Source: Trichoplax sp. H2
Lineage: Eukaryota
Length of the DNA: 64,000 nucleotides
Direction of reading: 5' to 3'
NCBI GenBank assembly: GCA_003344405.1
Contig: NOWV01000021.1
Coordinates: 1-64,000 of the forward strand
Numbering within the stretch: the stretch's first letter is position 1; every line of letters starts with the position of its first letter. Position numbers and translations under genes: made by a program. Under the pieces are notes generated by a model that saw only the letters and a list, made by a program, of their open reading frames with translations, ran no database searches and was not told the origin of the DNA. Below are positions 41,768-56,200 of the stretch, one piece after another.

Positions 41768-44700
41768 ATGACTGCAGTAGATCGCCTTACTGTAAACGAT
41801 ACAGCATTCAATAGTAATCAAGAGTACAACTTGCCTTATGCCAGTGAAATATTGAATGTAACCGGTGCTGCAGCCAATGCTGTGATCAGTGGCCTCAAGT
41901 TGACTGCAGATGACGCCGTGGACGACAACCTTGAAAGCTTCAGCCATCACTCGCGTCATAACGGTAAGTTTCGATAGTCCAATGGCGTTGTAGAAACGAC
42001 TACGAGAAGCAAATGATATTTTCAATGATTCATGTCGCCATTTTACAACTTTCTCCAGCAAGCAATCAAAATGTAACGTCATATTCTCTCTCCACTGTCG
42101 ATCATCTTGTTCTTCGTCGTGCTTCTCACTTTTACTAGACTTCCAACCAAATAGAAAAATACACTTGCAGTACGTAGAGTATCCTGCTCTACGATGAGTA
42201 CACCAAGCGATCTCGTACTTGCAGTCTTATCATGCAAATAGATTAGCCTTGGGCAGAGTGGTGCCAATGATTCTGCAATCCTACAACGAGCTGTAAAAGA
42301 ATAACAATCCCATTACAGTATATACACTTCAGTACAGTATATTCTTTCTCACTTCATGTTGGTTACACGTATTTTGTAGCTCTCCATGATTGCAAAATTG
42401 ATCAAACACTGCAGCATCACCACGCTATGCTGTACCAGGAATATGGAATAACAAATCATGATGGTAATAGACCATACTCTGCCTACACAATTCGATCGAA
42501 AATCAAATAAGAATGTTGATTCCCGCCTAGCTGTAGCTTACTGCCAGGAGAATACTGTAGATGCGCGTACTGACGTGTGTCTTTTACCTAACCAAGTGGA
42601 TAGAATTTATTCTATAAGCAACGCTATAGCCATTCACGGCTTGGAATACTACACACTGTGGGTCAGCATGATTCTAAAGAAAAAACATCGCTTCCAAATA
42701 CTCTTCTATATTTATGAATATAATACATAAATATTGTCCTCTACTATCACTGTACGACATCCTGCAACTCAGTAAATGTACACTAGGTATTCCTTGATTG
42801 ATCTGTCTGATCACTTATGAGGTATTACTAATAAAGCTTGCAACGATTGCTTGCTAATAAAGCTTGCAACAATTGCTTACTATTAAAAATACTCAAATGC
42901 TTCTGATATCCAAAAGCATTGCTGTTTTAATGACTATCCGATTGCATAAAGAAGCCCAAGTGTGCAAGTCCAACTAGTTATCTTATCAATAGACATCGAC
43001 GGACATACTGTACACTACTACATCACTCTTCCACATCAATCAGCATACAGTTTATTACCCGATACAAAACATCCTTTTATCAAATGATAAAATCCCCTAT
43101 AATGTTGTGAATTATTCGTAATATACTACATGTCGGTATGGCAATCATCATATCTTTCTCTTCTACTCGAAAATGTCCAGGCTAATTTCCTACAATGTTA
43201 TAAACTGCTACAGATATAGACGATGGTCTCACCACAGAAGATGAAGACGCACTAGAATCTGTACAAAAGAAATCTGCTAATGATACGAAATCGAAAGATA
43301 CCCATGCAGATAATTGTAAGATTAAAGACTTGTAAATTATAGCTTCTTTTGATCATATTCAATATTATAGCATTCATTGCCACATTTTTCTCTATTATTT
43401 ATACTCTACTCTATTATGATAAATCTTGCTTGTATCTTATTACTGTAAATTGGAACCATAGCATACTTTATCAATCGATTAAGTAAGGCTATCAAGCCAA
43501 ATTTTACTACCATCAAAAATCCGATACTCGAGTGACAATCATGACATAATCAAAGTCCACAGTCAATCCCTTATAACTGAAATGTCAATATATTGGCAAG
43601 CATTGAATTGGATTGTTTTGTTGGGGTGTTAATGTTATAAATTTACAATCAATATCTTCGATGATGATTAACTGAATTAATGCTTTTTAGATTTGAGACA
43701 AGACAGAAATTCTTATGCTTCCAGGCATCCAATCAATACCATAAAGGTACTAACATAACTAAATTACCTTTAGCAGTATTATCGAATTCTTGTGTGAGCA
43801 GTTAACTTCATAGGATACTACATGATATTCCCATACAGACAATAGTAATAGTAGAGCATTTTAAATAATCAGGAAATCTTCAATCTTACTTGGGTAAAAT
43901 ATCATACTTGGTAGGTGTACAATGTATCATCCATCGTAATCGACGTTGGCAGTATAAGATACTAGCTTATAGTAAACGCTGTAGTGACTTTTTCAACAAT
44001 TTTTGAAAATATTATTCAAGATTTACGGTATTCCTATGTTGCTTTTTACTTGCCAGTAGGTACTGTAGTAGGAATTAACAGTTAAGACGGTTCATGACAA
44101 GGACTTTATGACCATACTCAGACTACCATATTTACCGTCTTCAATCTTTGCCAGGCTATTATCTGCCGCCTGTGCACTATCATATGCCTTGCAACTATAT
44201 AATATAAGTAATGTTGTTAATAGGCTAAAACATATCGCTTAGTAATTGCTTTCTACAGCAGTTTGTACAACAAAGATATGATATCTGGCCACAAAATAAT
44301 GATATGATTTATTATAGCACGTACGATAGCGTGTTAAAAATGGTAGCAATTCATTATACGTTAGCTTTGCTTTTAAGTTTAAAAATATCTAATTTCGAAT
44401 AGTGTTCATAGTTATATAGTTATTAAATTGATTTTACTAAAAAATCCGAAAATATTGCTTTTTTATATATAAGTCATCAAATCGCTCGATACAACAAGGA
44501 GAGCATGATACTACGATCGAAATTGGAAAATTCGAAGGTAAATCGTAAACTTCGATAATATAATTTATGAATTAATGATATATTATTACTACCCTATATA
44601 TACTGTATGTATACTGGAAATTAACCTATAACTAGATTTGCTCATTGGACTTGATTCTATATACCTGTCTTCTTGATTATAAAATAGACAAACTTGTCAC

Positions 44701-47700
44701 TCGTTCCTTCAAGCTTAGCGATCGCGAACAAAAATTAAAATCTACGTTCATACACAGGCAAGTGTAACTCTGTAAACAATTTCAGATATTGAACTTTTAT
44801 GAAAAAATTTAAAGGAAATATACGATGTGATTAAAATACACTGTTGTCCATAAATCTTACTATTTATCACCTTTTTTTATCGAATAAGTAGCCAAGGAAA
44901 CCGAAATAAGCCTATTAAACGGGTCTTCCAACCAAAATTGATCAAGAATAAAATTAATGATGACTTTCAACAGACATCTCAACAATCGAAGGAACCAAAT
45001 ATTGCTTCTACAGCTGCAGCTGCTGCCGCCGCCGCTGCAGTTGCAGTTGCAAATACTTCACCTATTTTAAAGGTGAGAAATAGAATAGACGCATGTACAT
45101 GAATTACCGTAATGTAACTGCATCAGTATTAAGTTGCACTATTCTAAAATGTTGCATATCTTTGTTCTACATGCTTACACTTCAACTATCGCATTCAGGT
45201 TCAAGAAACGCTAGAAAACAAATTAAATGAACTCATCAATCGACTTCAAGTAATAGATAACAACATTAACAAGAGTGATTCCTATCGGAGTGAACAGAAT
45301 TTACTTCAAACACAAAATAAACTTCAAGAACAAGTTCATAGTCTAGTCAATCAGCTTGAAGGCTTAGAACAGGTCGAGAAATTCATATTGATATTTTTAT
45401 TTGTGCTATAAATTACTAAAGTGTTTTTAACGTCGTAACTATGAATTTCAGCAGAGAGATGTTGATAGAAAAAGTAAAAGTGTACTCGAAAAAGGTCACC
45501 CCGTAAGCACGTCCAAGTTGTTACCTTCTCCAACCGATAATGATGGTAATGCTATCGCACCAAATGACAATGTTCAATCGCAGTCATTACACTATAATAA
45601 CAATCGGTTAAATGTTACTCGTGATGTTATGGCAAACACTGTTAGATCAGATATAAAGAACAGTAATAATAATCAATACGCTTTGGCTAAATTTGTTGGT
45701 CCACGCACCAATCCTCCTAAGCCAATTGAAAAAAATCACTCCAAGCAAGCTAGAAAAAAAGAAAATCACGAAAGAGGCAAACTGTTAGCAGAAATACTAT
45801 CATCTGAAAGTTCTCCATCGTCAGTTCATGATGAAAATCGTTTAGGCAGTCAGTTATCCAAGAAGTCAATACCTAGTACGAAGATTAAGTCTAATAAATC
45901 AAAAAATTCTGTTAGCGTAAACATTGGTAATTACGGAGAAACTAAACCGCTAAATTCCTACATGTTGCCACACTCACAATCAAGTAATCGGAAGGAAGAT
46001 ATTCTGATGGAAGTTAGTAATCGGCAGATATGGAACGGGATAGGAAAAGCTGAAGATGATTTAAAAGAGATACTCTCAACTTCGAACATTATTGATAATA
46101 ATTTGGAAATTGTTTCGCAAGTGAGCCGCTATCGGAATAGCATTTTTAGTAAGGTTGAAAACATGAAAACATTTCAAGATATAAGCACACAACGTATTAA
46201 AATGGAGGTTAGCAATAGGATTGAGAATATTACAGGTGAAATAGAACCGGAGATTGTAGCGGCTTTAACTAAAGTAGTAATCCCCCAGAATGAAAGTAAT
46301 AGTACAGGCAGGAAGATAGATGAAACTAAAAAAATTGATACCGTCAAGGGTCATCGACGATTTCTGAAAGGCAAAAAGGAATCTAATAAAAAGGTAGAAA
46401 ATGATTTCGCTGTACATAAATCCAAAAAGGGAAAGGTGAATAACTCTATTAATGGAGACAAGACTAGCCTTAAAGAAAGGATGCAATCTCGAATAGGGCT
46501 TGAAAAGGGATTACACAGGAGAACCAGTAACGATACCTCCAAATTCAGTATGGGCGGAAATTATTATAAAGTAGAACCTAGGCGTCAACGGATTGATTGT
46601 TTACCTAATTATGAGTCAAAGGTAATTCCTTTAGGATACCCTATTATATCTAATTCTGTAACGGTAGAGGATACACACAAGCCTATGAAAGATAGCCAAG
46701 ATCTTAATAATTTAAAATCGAGAGAAAATAACAGTGCGCAGTCGGTTAATCTGTGCAAAGACGAAAATATTAAAGAAAATGGTATGTATATGTTCATTAG
46801 TTGAGTTAATTTATGGTTATGAATTAAGTATTAAATGTTATCTAATAAAAAATTAATTAAGATTTGCTCTAATTTTATTCACTTTCAATTTTACAAGTTG
46901 ATATTCATGTAGAAGAAAGAAAGAGCCCTCAAGTAGAGGAACAAGTCATTGACCATCCTGTTAATAAGGACAGAAAAGCCGAATTACAAACTGTGTCGCA
47001 TGAGGACAAGCCGTCTTCATTCAGTAGTGAAACTGAAGAAGAGATTCCAATCAGGGTAGGTTGTATACGTGTGATAATATTCTCATATTATTCTTGTTAG
47101 TATTATATATTTGCAATTTAATGTTGGCCTAATATTCAATTGTAAATTATGATTATCTAGAATGGAAACAGTGATAAAAATTTGGTAATGTCGTTATCCT
47201 TGCAAGGAGCACGTCTCCAACCGAAAAATAAATCTCCTTCATACAACGCTGAGCCTAGAAATCGGTATATCAGCGATAAATACTTTGGTGAAACAAATAT
47301 TCTAGAATCGGAACAACAATTGCAAATAATGATACGAAATAATATAGTTGATTGGTATGAGTAAATAATATATGGAAATTCGACTTATTAAAGTTGTAAA
47401 ATTTTATACTGTAATATATATGAGTTACTACCAGGAATTTAATATTGTCGATTTTATTTATAGGGTTGAACAGGAACTGATTGCAAGAATAGTTTCAGAG
47501 GCTGGTAATATACGCAACATCAGTAATGTTGATGTCGAGAGTAGTAATGAAGCAGATGAATCTTCCTCGAAGAGCAGCGAAGCTGATCTCTGTAATTGGA
47601 TATTTATATTTAATGTAAACAGTTGAGTAAAGTAAACTACGGCTAATACATGCTATTTTTCTTGGTTGTAATTTATTCATTTATAGTAAACCAAATGGGA

Positions 47701-50099
47701 TCTCGAGGTTTGCAGTTACTAATTGATGCCGGAAGTTCTATCAATCATGAAGCAGTAGAAAACCTAGTATCAGAGGTTTTGACTGATAAATTGAGAGATC
47801 AGATGGCCGGAGCACAAGTTGAAGATGGTAATGATTTCAAACGTCTGGTAGACTAACGTCACCAATAATGTTTTTCTAACATGTAGTAAAGTGCTATTAA
47901 TATAACTTCTATTTTCTGGCTTGTTTTAGAATCTGAACATAATCTAATATTAGATAAAACAGTTCTAACGCCTCAACCAACACCGCCAGAATCAGATTCA
48001 GACCATGAATTTAATGTGATTGAAGCTCCCAATGTATATACACCTCCAAAATCGAATGCTTCTTCATCGACATCATCTGATCTAGAACAAGGACTAGACA
48101 CTATAGTAAAAAATGAGGATAATGCATACGATGAGCGTAGCATTGATAGTGAAAATTTAACAGAAAATAATCCACAAAAAGATATAGAGGTTTGATCATG
48201 TAGAATCTACTTTTATGCAAGTCACTATTCCTATTATTGACGTGTCTTAATTAAAATGGAATACATCAACAATAGGATTCAAAATTTCAAAAGCCGGACC
48301 TGGATACACCAATTCTGAGTCCTTCTGCAACGCCTCCTCCTTCGGAAATCGAAATGGTTCCTCCAGTGACTCCTACTCCGTCTGAGTCTGATAAAGGATC
48401 AGTGAATATAGCGATGGAGGACCTTTCACTGACTTCGGAATCAAGCCAGAGTGATGACGATCTTAACCAAACCGTAATTGCTAGCCATAAGTACGGTGGC
48501 ACCACTCGAATTTATGATGAAGATGAAGAATACAATTCGCAACATCAAGTTTATACTTCAGTTTCTGAAAAGCAAATGATCGAAGGAATAGACAAGAGTG
48601 CAGTAATTGCGCCTAGACCTATGTACGGCCTTAGTAATCTATATTTGTATACATTGAACTTTGTATTGCATCATGAAGGCATCAGCATTGATTTAATGTT
48701 TAATTATTAACGTAGTAGTTATTTTTCCACTTCTGCTGAAATTGCTAACGATGACGAGTTATCAGTAATACAAGAACTGCAACATTCCGAGCTGTCGAAT
48801 ACAGAAGTCGAGAAAGGTAACGTTACTAATTTGTTCAGTTCATACCGTTGGTTACAGTTTTCTCTGCAATACTTATTGTTAGTTTTTAGAATTAAAAAAT
48901 GATAAACATTCTGGTAGTTGTAGATGAAGGAAAAGTTAGCCCTAAGACCATGTCAGAGTCTAGCTCTATAGTTACAACAAATGATACGTATGGAGATGGT
49001 ATTTCGGAAGGGGAATTGTTGACGAACGAATCAACTGCGTATGTAGAGTCGCGGAGTGAAGGAGAATTTGTGCATAAGAATAAAATTCAGAAGGATGCAC
49101 GGCCACATTATGAAGCCGGTGAAATGATTAATACCTATGTCTATTGTTAGTATGTATGCTAAATATTTGAATGTAATTTTAAAATTTTTATTTGCTGTCT
49201 TTGATTGTAGCTATCAATTCTCGAAGATTAATTGAAGCTATTCTGGATGATGAACTACCAACCGAAAGCGCTAGTAGTGACACAGTTATGGATAACACAC
49301 TAAGTGAAGTTAATCCATTACCTGATGATGTTAGATATAACAAGATTTTAAATCAAAAAGTTATTACCTTTTACATGTTCTTTAGTACAGCAATTACAGT
49401 TTGTTGATTTTGATAATAGGATGGGAGCTGCTCAAGCGAAGGTGAAATTTCGCCTGGTGCTAGGCAAGTTAAAGTATCAAGCATTGACCAGGTAGAATTC
49501 GACAATGATGGCAGTGAAGGTCAGCTGAGTGTTGGACAGGTCAATATCGAAAAGATTAACCCTACATTAACAAAAGGAGACGTTGCAAAATCATCAAATC
49601 GTAACTATCCAGACCATATAGATGATGGCAATGTAGAGTCCACGGCAATTGGTGGCATCAGATATGTTACGCCTATATCAGCAACTACAGAAATACCTGC
49701 AACTGATATTAGGCCAAAACTGCCGGACAAACTAGAAACAGAAATATTAGACTGTCATTCATCCAGTCCTTCAGAATTAGAGCCGTTAGGCGCTATTGCA
49801 GCAGGTAGTATTTACTGTAATATTTTTAGTTTCATAAATTGGAAACATTTTAGATTAAATAAACATTATTACATGTTATATTCGGTATACAAATTTTGGT
49901 ATAATCCTTTCTACCATATATTTATACGCGTATATTTACGTATTTGTCAGGAACTGACGGCATGGAATTTGTGACGGAGGAAGAAGACAAGGATCAATCA
50001 AGAGTTTTTATGCGTTCTGAAGAGATATACGATAATGATAAGGAAGAAGCAGATATTTCAGTTTTATCAATGGATGACATTGATAGTATATCTGGTTAA
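41768..50099 (+). CDS. KIAA0586: Centrosomal/ciliogenesis protein TALPID3; multi-exon
   Basis: Motifs recalled from TALPID3: TAAAAAAAAAVAVANTSPILK/VQETLENKLN, VIPLG, IVDW/VEQELIARIVSE, GSRGLQLLIDAG, TP-rich segments and repeated SEGE motifs. First exon 41768-41963; large exon includes ORF 45518-46804; stop TAA at 50097-50099. Head-to-head with TIMM9, as in human. Confidence 0.88.
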
Positions 50100-51752
50100 A
50101 GATACTTACGCAACTAATTATCCAACATATTGCTCGCATATTTTGTCCTTAGTCAGCCCAACTTATACGTTCTGCAGGGTGAAAGTGATGTTAGTTAGAT
50201 CTAGCTCATAGAAAAGGATTATATTATTCTGGAAGATTTATTCCAATCTGTAAAAGAGATGATATAACGTCATATCATTAAATGTTACTGGCATGATTGC
50301 AATCCAATTTAATGTACCATATATGAATCCAACCGTGTTCAGGTTTGGAGCCGCCAGACTCTCTTGGTTAAAATGTGTAATATATTAATGTATGTTCGAT
50401 TCATAATTTATTGTCATCGTACATTACTTGTATATTAAACTGACTGTAATATATACTGTCTATAACATACGAAAACTGCTTGTAACATGAGATAATATGT
50501 ATTGTTTAGTTTAGATTGTATTGGCTATAAATTTTGGAATCTGAATATAAATGTAGGCGTGAACTTTATTTATAAAATTACGAAATGTATTATTTTTTAA
50601 TCCAATTCGCTAAAGCAGTTACAAATTGTAGAGGTAACAATAGATAGTATCCAAGTATATGTATACAACATATGTATAGCAATAACGATATAAATTAATT
50701 AAGGTTTGCCTCTGTAGTACGTAAATTGTGTATATGTTATATTGTATATTAAAATTGCCATAAGGACTTGATTATGCTTAGCTATTATCTTATGAGTATT
50801 ATTAATATGGTCTAACGAATAACGGAACTGTAGCATTAACAATAAATAATTGCTAATTTAGCGTAGAAGTCCTATATTAGTACCATCGACAGATCTTTTC
50901 TAAAGGATTAATAAACATTGAATAAATTGTAGCGATGCTGTAACAGTTGCTCTTTACGCCTGGTGCTGTAATTAAGAAATCAGGAGTAAAGGAGGACAAA
51001 GCGTACATCTACAGTTCCCCTCTCCTGTTTAATATTAATTGACAATAACAAGAGTAATGCTATAAACCGGCTATGGCATCTGTACTAAAATCTTTCATTA
51101 GGCATTTAAAGACATTTTGGGTAGCTTAAATTGACAAATCCTATAGAGCGGCCTCGCGCCTGTTACGGACGAACATTAATAAAATTATAAATTTGTGAAT
51201 TTTAATACGAATTAGAAAATTTTACATAACAGGTACAACTATTGCTATCAACCAGAGAATAGCTTATGACGAAAACATACAAGACTTTAAAGTATGTACT
51301 TAATTTAATTTGTAACTAGCGATCCTTCGTGTATACTATACATATTACATGTCAACCACTGTAGTATTGTAGTGTTAGTACCAATAATGTCACTTAAGTA
51401 CTCAAACTAAAGGTAGTGCAGTACTACAGGATCTCAAGAATTTATTTACCATGATTTATTTTTTGTTCTTGCTATTATTAAGAGTCATTTCTTGTCTAGC
51501 AATTTTGGACTAAAGATAACCTAGTTGGATAATTGGTAGCCGCTGTAATTTTGGCATAGATTTGCTAAATACAGTTTTGGTAACGTTGACATGCTATATA
51601 TTTTTACTAATCAAAAATAACATATTACAATTTTTCTAAATATGGAAAGGATTGTTGTAAATTGAATTAGTGTTACAGATGTATTCAAATTTTTGGCTGT
51701 GTTAGTAATTACATTAACAGTAACTAATGTCAAGTAATTTAATTGCATCACT

Positions 51753-51870
51753 ACTTCATAGTCTGATAAGTAAATATTACAACTTCCATTGCTTATTCTT
51801 AGATTAATTGTATCACAACTTCATAGGCTAATAAGTAAATATTATAACTTCCATTGCATATTCTTAGATT
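51753..51870. repeat. Two-copy direct repeat, ~53 bp matched, period 65
   Basis: acttcatagtctgataagtaaatattacaacttccattgcttattcttagatt repeated with a few substitutions at 51818. Confidence 0.85.
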
Positions 51871-53260
51871 GAAATCTAAACACAAGCATACTCATCACGT
51901 CACAAGGCTTGAACTCAATGATTTATCTGACTCTTAATATCAGCTACTTGTGAATTTTTATGATTACAATAGAATTACTTGCACCGTTATTAAGACTTAT
52001 GATCGCCATAATGCAATCATAAAATTTCGAATTCTTTTCCCGTTATGCCATGAATGATTTAGAGAAAATTTGGTATTTTTGTATCCAACTTATGTGCTGA
52101 GTTGATATATTGTAGATAGCTATAGACATATGACCTTACCTAACACATGAATATTATATTGGCGTGCATGAATACCTGTAGAGTGTAGACTCGTTTCTAA
52201 CTGTGCCATCGTCGTTGGTTCGTAGTGGCTGTATGATTACCGTAGGATTTATAATGTACAAGTGTGCATATACATATGCACATATACGCATATGAAATAC
52301 TATGGCAGAAAATTTAAAAACGACGATTCTTACTTATTAAATTATATGGAAATTATTTAACTTTTACTGAAGCAACTTATTTTAAGCAACAGGCGAATTA
52401 CTTCAATTAACGTTCCTTTCGCAATAATATGAAAATTATGGTGTTGTTATTATTAACGGACTGTAATAGAAGAGTTATGAGATATGACCCAGTAAAGGTA
52501 GATGATTAACCCTGCTGTTGATGGCTATAAGCCCTTCTCAATCAATCATACTATTATAAATAATAATGTTGATTTAGCATTGTTTAAGTAGAATTGACCA
52601 TAAGGTTGTCATTTATGAAAATAGATTTGGTTATAACGCTAACCAACTTATGTTGTTTATAGATAGACTATTTAGGGTAGCGTCTCATCGGCAAGATAAT
52701 GGAATAATTCAATTGTTAACCAGACGCTAACTATATGGCAAACCATCTTTGCTGTTTTTAACAGTATGTTGCATATTTTAACCTTTTTCAAGTTTAACGG
52801 TCACTGACTATTGTTCGTGACAAACCACGCTAAGACAGGCTGATTAGTTTAGTGTAGAACTTAGTTGACATGAAAGATAATATCTGGCTACATTTTTCTT
52901 TGCTATTAACTTTTTATCTCCCTTGTAATTTAGTTCCTGCGGATTTTTTAAGCACTTTTTCTGTACATGATTGAGCTAGTGATAGCTTAAAACGGTATTA
53001 TCGTTGTAAAGGATTCATTGAAGTTTATTTTGCATTTTCAACAATTCTTGAATTTTAAATTACTTTGCTGCATTTTGATATAAAGTGATACAAAGATTGG
53101 GTCGCCATATTTTCTATTCGATATTGACAAGTCTTATACCTGTGCAAATTTTAGTCGTAGCTGAAGTTGTATTGCAGTGCTAGAACAGGTTATAGATTAG
53201 ATGAAAGGATGCATACGGCAATATCTGACTGATAAGGATGTATAGGCAGTATCAACCAAA

Positions 53261-56200
53261 ATGGCAAAGTTACCGAGTAAGTTCAATCTTTTATGAAAGA
53301 CGTATAAATATTCACTAATTTTAAATTTTCATTTTGCCTTCTTGATTATCATTGAGATAAATGATTTGCTTGGTAGAATGCATTCAAATTTATATTGTGC
53401 ATTTTACTTTAAATCTATGGTAGTGCAAGAGAATATTGCTGAAGCGATGCAGCAGTATCCAATTTACAGATTATTTTCAGATATTATTAGTGATCTGATT
53501 TTAGCTCTAAGTTAATAAGATTGGATAATGAATAACAGTCTTTTCTCTTGGATATATTCCTATATTTTCATTGCTTACTTAGTAATACTATCCAAATTAG
53601 CCCGATCTTATTTTAAATTGCAGCATACTGCAAGAGAAAACAGTGGAAGGGATAGTTGACGTCTTCTAGATGACTACCAGAAAACATTTTATTACTATTA
53701 GCTTGCTATGATCAAAAACTTAAATCTTAGCGGAGTTATTAGGGAATAGTAATTTTCTGTTAACTCTAATCTTATATTGAGCATTCTCTCCTTACTAGTA
53801 CAGCTCTAAAGCCCATAAATTTTGGTTAAAAATAGTAGAATAAGATATCATTTAAGGCACAAATAAATACGTATCATGTGCAAGGATACATTCTTATTTT
53901 AGTACCTTGGATTGTGTAATACTAGCTTTGACTTGATAGAATTTGATAGGGAATAGTAATATGTTTTCTCTCAACTCTAACCCCATTACTTACTGTACTG
54001 TATGTTATCATATTGATGTTTGATGTTAATAAATTCATAGTTTACATCGATAAATTGATTTTTCACTTAAAAATGGTAGTGATAAAGTAAATTTATCAAC
54101 ACAATTTAAATTAAAGAAATTTTAGAATTATTCTTGAAAAAATCCATTTATATCAACTGCCATACTATCTCTTTTTAATGCCGTTCCCCTTAACATCATA
54201 AATAGATTTCAGCCCTGCTTTTTGCTAAACCACTTTTCTATTCTTATAAATTTATCGTTTATCCGATATTTTAAATTATGCGTTGATATAATATCCCCTA
54301 AATCGAATGGATTCTAGCGCTATCCAATAATACACTTTCAATAAAAATCTCTCATTATATTTTGACGCCGCTGACAACATTACTCAAGGAATTTTTTAGT
54401 CGTGCTTCTTACTCGAGTTTTTATGTTAATTCTTTATAATTAATATCATCCATTATTATACCAAGGAATACAAGATTATCACCCGCGCTTTTATAATCAT
54501 TTGAAGTCTCACGACTTACGGTTACTGATCATTAACCTATCTAAAATTTTTACTTTACCTTTATCCAACTTTAGTATTTTGCTTTCCTAATCTATCTAAT
54601 AGTACCTCTGCCAACCATTATAACATTGTTGCTGAACATTAACGTATCTAAAATTTTACCTACCATTATTTAACTTTGCTAGCTGCCTTTCCTTCCTTCT
54701 CAATAGTAACTCTTCCGGCTGTTATGACATCGTTATCGATCATTAACGTTTCTAAAAATTTCACTTACAATTACTTAACGCTGTTATTTGCTTTTTTATC
54801 CTATCTAAATAATACCATTACCAGCTGTTCTAGCATCAATACTGATTATTAATACGCGTATATCCAACTTTTGACTTACCGTCATCGAACGTTGTTATTT
54901 GCTTTTTCAATTCATCCAAATAGTAGCTCTTCCTGCCGTTGTAGCATCATTACTGATTGTAGTTAATACGTATATCTAAAATTTGACTTACCATCGTCTA
55001 ACGTCGTTATTTGATTTTTTATTCCATGAAAATAGTACCTCTGCCAGCCATTGTTGCCCTTGTCATCATCTCTATTCTGCTTGTGCTCCTATTAATCATC
55101 TACTGTACCATACTACATAAAAAGAAATGTAAAAAAATTTGTTGCGAGAGTTGTCCATGTCATAAAAAATCAAAACCGAGGTCACTATTGCCTGGTACGG
55201 ATGCAGAAGATGGCTCTGATGATAGTATCGATCATAATGATGAGAAATCCGATCTATTATTGAGAGATCGGCAAAATAATGCATTAGAATCTGTTCAAGT
55301 GCAAAAAAATTATGGTGAAGATCGCAATCAACGACGTTATACTAATAGTGCCAATATAGCAGCTGCTACTAGTAGACCAATAACTCCATCGATAAGTAAT
55401 ACTAGTCGGCAACAATATGATCGAAATTATGCCAATGGAAATAATACTCGAATTGCAGCCGGTCAGCAAAATGGTGCTCGAACTTCTGAAACAGAATCAA
55501 GATCAACTCCTTATACACGTACTGGAAATACGAGTAATTTACAATATGATGATCGATCGCTTAAATCTATTCCTCTAACATCGACTAATGATAGTGATAA
55601 TTATCCTAACGATTCAGCTCCATACCATAACGACGGAAATTCATCATCGGTGATGCCTTACCATACTATACCTAATCCTAGTATTTCTTCACAAATTAGT
55701 AGTACCATACCCGATGTCGATGAACAAGATCAAAACAACTCCGATTACGAAGAAAGTCTTTCTCAATTAAATACTAGAAGTGGTCAAGTTCAATTTAAAG
55801 TTACTTATGATACAACAAAATCAACTGTTACCATCAATATCGAAAGATTAAGCGATTTACCTGCCAACGTTAGTAAAGGCATAGTATCAGTCCATGGAGC
55901 TTTCCTTGGCAGTAAAAAGAAACGCTTCAAGACTAAACGGCGTAATATGCGATCAGCCATCTTTAACGAGAAATTTGAGTTAGCTAAAATAAGTCTAGAA
56001 GACATGAAAGATGCAGTTTTACGCTTACGAATTTATCACACTACTGATAAAATTTCCTTTTCCTCGGAAAAAGTCATCGGTGAATCATTCCTACCCATGT
56101 CTATCGTTGCATCATATGAGAATGCTGAATCAATCCACCAAACTACAGCTATTCAGCCAGTAAAGACAGGAATTAATGGACAGGTAAACTTAAGCACTCT

